Assembly: GCA_951406725.2 (NCBI GenBank) | Contig: OX597814.1 | Location: forward strand, 188,480,001-188,544,000 | Direction of reading: 5' to 3' | Origin: Octopus vulgaris | Lineage: Eukaryota | Length of the DNA: 64,000 bases | Shown: positions 54,880-64,000 of the stretch, piece after piece | Position numbering within the stretch: the first letter of the stretch is position 1 | Layout: each line of letters starts with the position of its first letter | The notes under the pieces: model-generated | Seen by the model: the letters and a program-made list of their open reading frames with translations, nothing else | The model's database searches: none | What the model was told of the DNA's origin: nothing | Translations under genes and position numbers: made by a program

Positions 54880-55660
54880 CACCTTCATACATCATGATGA
54901 TGATGATCATCGTCGCCATTTTCACCATCACCGCCATCCCCACGACCACCACAACCACCACCACCACTACCACCACCACCACCACCACCACTACCACCAC
55001 AATCATCATCATCATCATCATCGTCGTCGTCGTCGTCGTTGTTTATTGTTGTCGTCGCCATTGTGGTCATAGTCAACACCCACACCACCACCACCACTAC
55101 CACCACCACGACCACCACTACCACCACCACGACCACCACTTCCACCACAATCATCATCATCATCATCGTCGTCGTCGTTGTTTATTGTTGTCGTTGCCAT
55201 TGTGGTCATAGTCAACACCCACACCACCACCACCACTACCACCACCATGACCACCACTACCACCACAATCATCATCATCATCATCGTCGTCGTCGTTGTC
55301 GTTGCCATTGTGGTCATAGTCAACACCCACACCACCATCACCACCACTACCACTATCACATCATCATCATCATCATCGTCGTCGTTCTCGTCGATTCTTT
55401 CCCCCACCTCATTCTCTATCCCTTTTTTCTTCTATCCTTTTCTCTTCCCATCAACCTCCATCTCGTCGTTCACCGCATTATCATCATCATTATCATCATT
55501 ATCATCATCATCATCATTATCATCATTATGATCATCATCATCATTATCATCATTATCATCATTATCATCATTATCATCATCATCATCATTATCATCATTA
55601 TCATCATTATCATCATTATCATCATTAGCATCATCATCATCCTCATTATTGCCATCATTT
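54880..55660. repeat. Compound trinucleotide minisatellite (CAC/CAT/GTC blocks)
   Basis: Higher-order unit containing gccattgtggtcatagtcaacacccac three times, then (ATC/ATT)n. Confidence 0.9.
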
Positions 55661-56111
55661 ATTTTTCCATGATATTGATGTTGTTCTTACTGTTAATCTT
55701 GCCTGTGCCGTCCATCACTGCCACAGTTGTTGTTGTTGCTGTTGTTGATTTTGTTGTTATCGCTGCTGCCACTGCGCCCAAAACTTTGATAGCATCCCAT
55801 TCATTACCCTTCAATGAACAAATAGTATTCAATATACAGATGAAAAAACAACAACATCGAATCCGCTCGGTGAAGAAAAATAAAAGATAAACTCAAAGAA
55901 GATAACGAATAAAGTAACAAACCCCGAAAATTTTCCAGAAAGATCGAGGCTGCATGACAGAAAACATGGAATAATACTTTTACTGTGATAAGATCTGCTA
56001 ATTTCAAGGAACTTAATGTTGTCCAAAATACTAGACTTCATTGCCTCGTCTTCTCATGTCTGTAGGCTTTTCTTCTTCAATGCTTGCTTTCTTATCCACA
56101 ATCAGTTCCTG

Positions 56112-56143
<32 letters not shown>

Positions 56144-56228
56144 CATACATACATACATACATGCATACATGCATACATACATGCATGCATGCTTGCATGC
56201 ATGCTTGCATGCATACCTGTGTGTGTGT

Positions 56229-56609
56229 TTAGGATGTTATCTGTTGATTGTATAATATTTAATTTTTCAGTAATACAAAGTTCACATTTGGTACCCCGTC
56301 CGCTGCATTTTTTAGCTTTAGTAATACTTTTCCATTCTATCTGGGGGTTACTTATTCTACCTTGTTTCAATGTCCATATCATAATTGATAGGGATGTTGC
56401 ATGTCTTTTTAAATTTTGTCTCTGAATGACGATACATGTTGTGTATGCCTTTCCTTGAACGAGTTGCCCGTCATTCCGATATATGTCCTTGTTACTCCAT
56501 TGGAGTCCCTGATCTTGCTCTTGTATACGAGTTTGTTCTGGAGACAGTTGTTGTTTAGAGGGCAGCGGTTTTTGGATCTACAGTTGCATTGTCTTTTCGT
56601 GTGTTTATT
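56229..56609 (-). pseudogene. Penelope-like element GIY-YIG endonuclease domain relic
   Basis: Manual translation: CNCRSKNRCPLNNNCLQNKLVYKSKIRDSNGVTRTYIGMTGNSFKERHTQHVSSFR / frameshift / HATSLSIMIWTLK...IEWKSI...CELCITEKLNII...ILN. Confidence 0.85.
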
Positions 56610-57224
56610 ATATATATTATTTATTTATATAAACACAAAGTGATGTATCCAGGTCTCATCTGTGACTTTTTTCTTCAAAACAGCTTCGCCTTCATCAGTG
56701 TAGCAAACGAGTAAGCGTCGAGAGGTCTCTACACAATTGCACTTATGCGCTACTGTAGCTCTCTTGGCAGCCGCCTCGAAAAAACGTTTCAGAACTGAAG
56801 CCTGGCATAGATGATTTCGTCTGCAGGACCATGACTAATTTGCAGAGAACATATCATCGATGGTCAGTCGTCGGTTCACCAGAACCATCTCACGAGCTTG
56901 TTGAATTTTCACTTCAGTGGTGTCGGTTGATGGGAGTCTTGCTCCCTCTTCGTACTTCACGCCTGTTAGGTTATTTTAATACTTCTCAATCAACTCATAC
57001 GCAGTTTACGCGACTGAGCGCTGTCTCCGTATTGGATTGAAAGCCTACGATAGATTTCAGCACCTGACACACCTTCAGACCAGAGAAATCGGATCACAGA
57101 TCACTGTTCTTCCTTTCTGTATACTGCCAGTGAAGCGATCATGCTTATTCCGCAACACAAGAAAGAAAATTGGAACGATACGGTCAAACCCCAGTTATCT
57201 AATCACAAATTTATCACTTTTTAG

Positions 57225-57955
57225 CACGCGATCAGCCGAAGATAGCGCAGCCAATTTAAAGAAAGATTTGACGAAAGTGCGGATAACAAAACCCAACAAG
57301 TATTTTGTTGTTAGGACGTTTTTACTTGATTTGAGGGTTATTTTTGTATTCTGAAACCAAAAATGGAATCCATTTTATTACCACCACATCCAGATTTCAA
57401 GATACCCAAACCCCACAATTTTCGCAATTTTCCTCATTTTTCAGAAAAATGCATTGTTAACCTGTGAAATTTAGTACAACACTTCTTGACCTTGATGACC
57501 AGGAAGTATCAACCGAACCAGAGGAAGCTATGGATGATCCGGATTACTTTGGCACAAGCTCATCAAACCCATTGCTATTTGATCAAAATAAACTCGGTGA
57601 CTTGGCAAGGCACTTACACTTATCAAAATATTCTGCAGAATAAATCCTTTGTAGGGAAGAAATTAAAGTTACCTTCCAACGCTCTAGAAATCCTGAATTT
57701 CTTCCGTTCTTCACAGGAAATGATGAGTTAGTGCATTGTACGAACACAGGGACTGCTTCGGAGAATGTGATTAGTGGAATATGATGCAATTGATTGGCAC
57801 CTTTCTATTGAAACCTCGAAAATAAAAGTATGAAGTGTCTTCCGATTTATAATGGAAATATTTTGGCCTCCAGTTGCTCAATCTACAAAACTCACAGAGA
57901 AATATGAAGTGTGAAAATAGTATGAGAGAAAATTAATTACCACAATCATCAGTGA
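57225..57955 (+). pseudogene. Decayed DNA transposon, Sola-like transposase N-terminal part
   Basis: Fragments LGDLARHLHLSKYSAE, LVHC, YDAIDWHLSIETSK (cf. WRLFIDSSK), YNGN, VAQS..L.EKYE, KINYHNHQ; many disruptions; superfamily call tentative. Confidence 0.5.
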
Positions 57956-58037
57956 GTATAAGCAGTATAGGCAATATTTAATTAGATTTGCTATCTATTT
58001 AGCATATTTAATCTATACAAACTATTCGGTAGGTTAG

Positions 58038-58460
58038 TACTCTTTACTCTCTTTACTCTTTTACTTGCTTCAGGCATGTGGCTGTGGTCATGCTGGAGCA
58101 TCGCCTTTTGGTCGAGCAAATCGACCCCAGGACTTATTCTTTGTAAGCCTAGTACTTATTCTATCGGTCTCTTTTGCCGAACCGCTAAGTTACGGGGACG
58201 TAAACACACCAGCTTCGGTTGTCAAGCGATGTTGGGTGGACAAACACAGACACACAAACATATACACACACATACATATATACATACATATATACGACAG
58301 ACTTCTTCCAGTTTCCGTCTACCAAATCCACTCACAAGGCTTTGGTCGGCCCGAGGCTATAGTAGAAGACACTTGACCAAGGTGCCACGCAGTGGAACTG
58401 AACACGGAACCATGTGATTCGTAAGCAAGCTACTTACTGCACAGCCACTCCTACGCCTAT
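58038..58460 (-). mobile_element. SINE family A
   Basis: Full-length match. Confidence 0.9.
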
Positions 58461-58667
58461 ACTGTAGTATTTACATGGAGATATCATCTCTTATTGGACT
58501 TGACGTATTAAAAACACATTAAATATCAGAGAGAGACGAAAGATTATTGCAGAGAGAGTGCTTGCTGCATCTCGGTTTTCTTGTGTTTTTCAATACCCAA
58601 CCATCTATTTGGTTGAGATTTCGTTACTTCTGGATGTAGGAAAAAGAGAAAAGATGTTGCGGACAAC

Positions 58668-59062
58668 AGCACGCCGGGCGAAATGCTTAGCGGTATTTCG
58701 TCTGCCGCTACGTTCTGAGTTCAAATTCCGCCGAGGTCGACTTCGCCTTTCATCCTTTCGGGGTCGATTAAATAAGTACCAGTTACGCCCTGGGGTTGAT
58801 ATAATCGACTTAATCCGTTTGTCTGTCCTTGTTTGCCCTCTCTGTGTTTATCCCCTTGTGGTTAGTAAAGAAATGGGTATTTCGTCTGCCGTTACGTTCT
58901 GAGTTCAAATTCCGCCGAGGTCAACATTGCCTTTCATCCTTTCGGGGTCGATTAAATAAGTACCAGTTACGCACTGGGGTCGATGTGATCGACTTAATCC
59001 GTGTGTCTGTCCTTGTTTGTCCTCTCTGTTTTTCGCCCCTTGTGAGTAGTAAAGAAATAGGT
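58668..59062 (+). mobile_element. SINE family B dimer
   Basis: Two units joined at aagaaatgggtatttcgtctgcc. Confidence 0.85.
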
Positions 59063-59983
59063 GTATTATAAATCCGCCATACGTAACTGAAGCAGTATTC
59101 AATGAAAGATGCTGTTTATACAGCATATTTAGTGTATGAAAACTGTTCATATGCCAGTTACTGCAGTATTTGATCTGGGATAAAATCTCTTATGGATTGC
59201 TATTTTAAATTCTCAATAAATATCAGAAAAAGACGCAAGCTCGTCTGGTAGCGGCCAGCGAGAATGCCAGATGCAATTTCGCCTTTTTGGACATTTTTAG
59301 TGGTGTAAGAGAACGTGCCATTGAAGACACACGTGATTCGATTCACGTAAGTAATACTGAAAGTGCCTTTCGTCTTCTATATAAAATATACTAAATATAT
59401 TGTGGTCGAGTGGTCAGGGTATTCAGATCACAATCTTAAGTTCTTGAGTTCGATAACCGGACCGGCGGCGTGTTGTGTCCTTGAGCAAGACACTTCATTA
59501 AACTTTGCTCCTTTCAACTCAGATGGAAAAAATAAGTTGTACTTGTATTTGACAAATGACCAGTCTTGTCACGCTCTGTGTCACGCTGAATCTCATATAA
59601 ATAAGTGCTTTCAGTACACATAATCATATTGTATGTGTAAATAAATTCTAAATACGTTTATAGGCGTATATGTCATTACCATATAGTCAGTCTCTCAGTG
59701 TAAATAGTTACGCGTTTAAACTATAGATCTCCTCTACCCGCCCCACCTCTCTCTCTTTCTCTCTCTCTTCCTCTCCCTCTCCCCCCCTCTCTCTCTCACT
59801 TTCTCTGGCGGATGAACTCGAGAACCGCTCGACGAGTTTCCAGTTGTTATAGCCGTCTTAACTTGGTCTGCTTTCATGGCAAGCTGAATTAATGTTCGCA
59901 TACATACATACACATATACATACATACATATAGACAGGCATATATATACATATGTATATATATGTATATATATATATATATTT

Positions 59984-60038
<55 letters not shown>

Positions 60039-60091
60039 ATGTATGTATGTATATATGTATATACATATACATACATACATACATACATACA

Positions 60092-60155
<64 letters not shown>

Positions 60156-60552
60156 TACATACATACATACATACATACATACATACATACATACATACAT
60201 ACATACATACATACACATATGCATGCCTAAATAAATGCGCTCATAAATGTATACCCAAACACATATGTACGTGTCACAACTTATGTTCTTAGGAAATTTA
60301 TGTATCCATTTAGCTTCATAACAAATATGGGAATATATTGCACAAGAACTCACATTTCCTAATTGAATTTGTTCCATATGAACGCCATTAGGGAAAGTTA
60401 TATTTATATGACTAAATGAATCGCTTTCTACCTATAGAAAAGTCAACATTTTGATATTTGTACATCTGAACGAATCTGAATTATTTTAGCTATATAAATA
60501 TCTAAAGATTGTTTAGTAATTATAGAAATATTCCGTTTTCTTATACATATAC

Positions 60553-60599
<47 letters not shown>

Positions 60600-60604
60600 T
60601 GAAG

Positions 60605-60911
60605 ATAACTATAAAGCATTTTTAGAGAGTTATAAAAAAATGAAAAAAAAATTATGGTAAATTTTTTTTGTTAAGGTCGAGTTGCGTCCCCCAGACAGTC
60701 TGTGGTTTGTGTTTCTGATTCTCGACCCCATGTCGAATTTATCGATTTTTTCAGAACTGGGGGAACTTTTCAAAATTTTCGCTGCGTTAGTTTTGAATTA
60801 TGACATTGGGCTATGTGTGTGCAAGTTTCATCAGAATCGGTTGAAAGCCGTGGTCAGGGTGAGGGTACAACTAACAGACACACAGAAACACACACAGACA
60901 AACTGCCGTTT

Positions 60912-60920
<9 letters not shown>
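60605..60920 (-). mobile_element. Second Helitron-like non-autonomous element (partial)
   Basis: Minus strand starts tatatataaacggcagtttgtctgtgtgtg and shares ataactctctaaaaatgc with the 388-784 family. Confidence 0.5.
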
Positions 60921-60981
<61 letters not shown>

Positions 60982-60986
60982 GTATG

Positions 60987-61030
<44 letters not shown>

Positions 61031-61495
61031 ACCTTTATATATACTTATAGCTATCTCTCTTTCCATGTACATAGTTATCTCTCAGGGTTTATCAGCTATC
61101 ATCTTTCTAAAGAATTAAGGAAGAAAGGGCTCCAACATATGTTAGGAATAACCATATTTGCAATCTTCCTTGGAAACTCTATCATTATCGTATAGACCTT
61201 ATCTACATTGAAAAACAGAACAGATGTTGTTTCTTTAGAGCCAAAAGCAACATCAACTTAAATGGCTAATAATTATGTAGGAATCACAAACGGAAACAAT
61301 TGTGGAATATTAACACTTCGTAAGGCGGCGAGCGGACAGAATCGGCAGCACGCCGAGCAGAATGCTTAGTGCCATTTTGTACGTCTTTACGTTCTGAGTT
61401 CAAATCCTGACGAAGCCAATTGTGTCTGTCATCTTTTTGTGGTCGATAAAATAACTGCCAGTTGAGTATTGGGAGTCGATGTGAGTGTATGTATG

Positions 61496-61567
<72 letters not shown>

Positions 61568-61569
<2 letters not shown>

Positions 61570-61828
61570 GGGACCGACCAGGCCATCAGATATTGTTACA
61601 CATCGCTGGTCACAATGCGCCTCGCATTGTTTTAGCCTTCAAATGACGCCACCCCGCTGGCTAAGCGAGCAGGCCAACAGAAGAAAGAGTGAGAGAAAGT
61701 TGTGTCGAAAGGGTACAGCAGGGATCGCCACCACCCCCTGCCGGAGCCTCGTGGAGCTTTAGGTGTTTTCGCTCAATAAACACTCACAACGCGAGTCCGC
61801 TTCCCTAACCACTAGGCCATTGCGACTC

Positions 61829-61830
<2 letters not shown>
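61568..61830 (-). mobile_element. tRNA-SINE (D-type head, third 3' module)
   Basis: Head as 47023-47396; 3' module also present alone at 4857-4935. Confidence 0.75.
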
Positions 61831-61875
<45 letters not shown>

Positions 61876-62068
61876 CCCTGTCGAATTTTATCCGTTATCT
61901 TTGTGGTTTACAGAACCTAGCTGTTCTTTCTAACGTGTTGAATTCACTTTAAGTGGATTCCTTATGTGTATAAATATGCACTATATCGTATGACTAATAT
62001 ATAGTCTTCTTGACTAAATTTTGATTGAACGTTTTAATTTTTATTAAATTCCATTTCCCTTTGACATG

Positions 62069-62156
<88 letters not shown>

Positions 62157-62286
62157 TGTATATATATGTACATTTATTCTATTATTCCTTTATTTGTTTC
62201 AGTCATTTGACTGCGCCGCAGTCACATGACTGAAACAAGTAAAAGAGTATAAGAGTAAAAGTGTAAACCTTATCAATCGTCTAAGG

Positions 62287-62360
62287 CAGGGGATCGCCAG
62301 ACTTCGGCCCGCGGGCCGGATCCGGCCCGCGTGCTCAGTTCATCCGGCTCTCCGCCGCAG
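62287..62360 (+). mobile_element. hAT (Charlie-like) MITE terminus
   Basis: CAGGGG...CGGCCCGCGGGCCGGATCCGGCCCGC subterminal motif. Confidence 0.55.
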
Positions 62361-63155
62361 TGTATCTTTTGTGTAAGTACCTGCAATGAGAGCTCATTTG
62401 CCTCTGATATGGCATTAGTCTTTGAAACAACTGGGAGCAAACATTTCCAGTAATGAAGTATGTGACACGCACACACACGCGCGCGCGATATCTACTATCG
62501 GAATAGGTATGTTGATGAAATCGACCCAATTTGCGACTGATATACTTTTATTATATCGACCTCTAAAGGATGAAAGGAAGAACCGACTGCAGCAGTAGGG
62601 GGCGGTGCGTCTATGAGAAAATAGTTTGCATAAAGCCTGTAGTTCTGGTTTATGAAAATGCCTATAGTACTGATCTATTCTGATATACCAGCAAAACTTT
62701 AATCGTATTCTTCTGATCCGTTTATCCGAGAAAGAGGATCAATTTCATAATTTGGCGAAGCTGCTTGTTGAGAACCGTAATCTGACAGAGTTCTTTATCG
62801 ATCTAAGACATCGCTAACTATTGTTGAAAGAATTACGGGTGTTTTCCTGAAAACACTGGGAACAATGTCCCACAATTTTTCTCACATTTTATTTCTTTCA
62901 TAAAGCCTCCTTATACAATACTGGGGTCTTGAAATGCGCTTGTACACATGCTAACATACAGGCAACATGCATACATACACAAATACTCTTTACTCATTCA
63001 CTTGTTTCAGTCATTTGACTGCGGCCATGCTGGAGCACCGCCTTTAGTCGAGCAAATCGACCCCGGGACTTATTCTTTGTGAGCCCAGTACTTATTCTAA
63101 CGGTCTCTTTTGCCGAACCGCTAAGTGACGGGGACGTAAACACACCAGCATCGGT

Positions 63156-63708
63156 GACACTGGGGTAAAATTTTACCCCATGACACTGGGGTAAAATATA
63201 CGAAACCCAGTATACTCATCGTGACTACCCGTCTGATAAGGGTACTCTAGGCACATGCATCACAACCTATGTGCACCGACATGGTGATCTCATATCAAGA
63301 TAAACAGCACATGACCTTGCAGGTGGGGCCCAGTTAGAATTTTCTTCTGGTCGAGTAACCCATCCCGCTCAAAAGGTCACTGAATAAGGATTGTTTAAGG
63401 ATGTTGAACGAACCACCCATGTTTCCAAAGGTGAATTATCCAAACTTCCAAGAATTCCTTTCAACACACGGCTATGATGCTCCCCCACTACTTCTGCTTG
63501 TAATCAGAGATGCACATATCGTCAGCCCCTAAGGGACATGGTCAACTGGTTAAGGTCAAACAACTGACAAGCAAATCTGTGGTATTGAGCAGAGTATTTG
63601 CTGTAGCCCATCTTTTATGCCAAGACAAAACAATGTACATGATAACACTTCCAATCAGTTAAGATCAGAAGCCATGAGAGCCACTGTCTGGTATTGCATC
63701 AAGGCATT
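63156..63708 (-). mobile_element. Family F element, copy 3, joined to a truncated SINE A (62985-63155)
   Basis: Reverse complement of 31663-32361 without the internal duplications. Confidence 0.85.
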
Positions 63709-63717
63709 TATCATCAC

Positions 63718-63748
<31 letters not shown>

Positions 63749-64000
63749 GTCATCATCATTATTAAGGCAGCCAGCTGATTAAGTAGAATCGTTGGACGAA
63801 ATGCTTAGTAGTAGTATTTCTTCCACTTGTACGTTTATGAGTTCAAATTCCACCAAGGTCGTATTTGTCTCTTTTCCTTTCAAGGTCGATAAAGTAAGTA
63901 TCAGTTGAGCAAACAATGGAGTTGACGTAATCGACTAGCTGCTTCCCACCAAGGTTTCAAGCCTTGTGTCTATAATAGAAAGCATCCACCCCCTCCTCCC

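Noticed and set aside
52602-55890. Long ORFs of 283-796 aa
   Set aside because: Stop-free only because of GA/CT and trinucleotide repeats; low-complexity translations open in several frames.

Overview
AT-rich, repeat-saturated eukaryotic non-coding DNA. The tRNA-derived SINE families and microsatellite load look like an octopus (coleoid cephalopod) genome; this is inferred from repeat recognition. I can support no host protein-coding exon: almost all listed ORFs are translations of microsatellites or SINEs. The window holds dozens of SINEs from about 4 families, many with target-site duplications (TSDs), and non-autonomous Helitron-type elements. It also has decayed Tc1/mariner, pogo/Tigger, Sola-like and hAT pieces, R4/Dong and RTE LINE relics, and a Penelope-like GIY-YIG endonuclease relic. 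The main signal the ORF track does not explain is at least 6 unrelated short non-coding elements, each carrying a minimal type-I hammerhead ribozyme motif (stem I-CUGANGA-stem II-GAAA-tiny palindromic stem III-UH-stem I'). They mostly sit in (TA)n/(AAT)n tracts and are often embedded in fold-back hairpins. The largest is a near-perfect 2.45-kb palindrome (21163-23610) with a hammerhead-like motif near each end. This suggests a Penelope/retrozyme-like, ribozyme-bearing non-autonomous retroelement system. All folds were read by eye and none has been tested.
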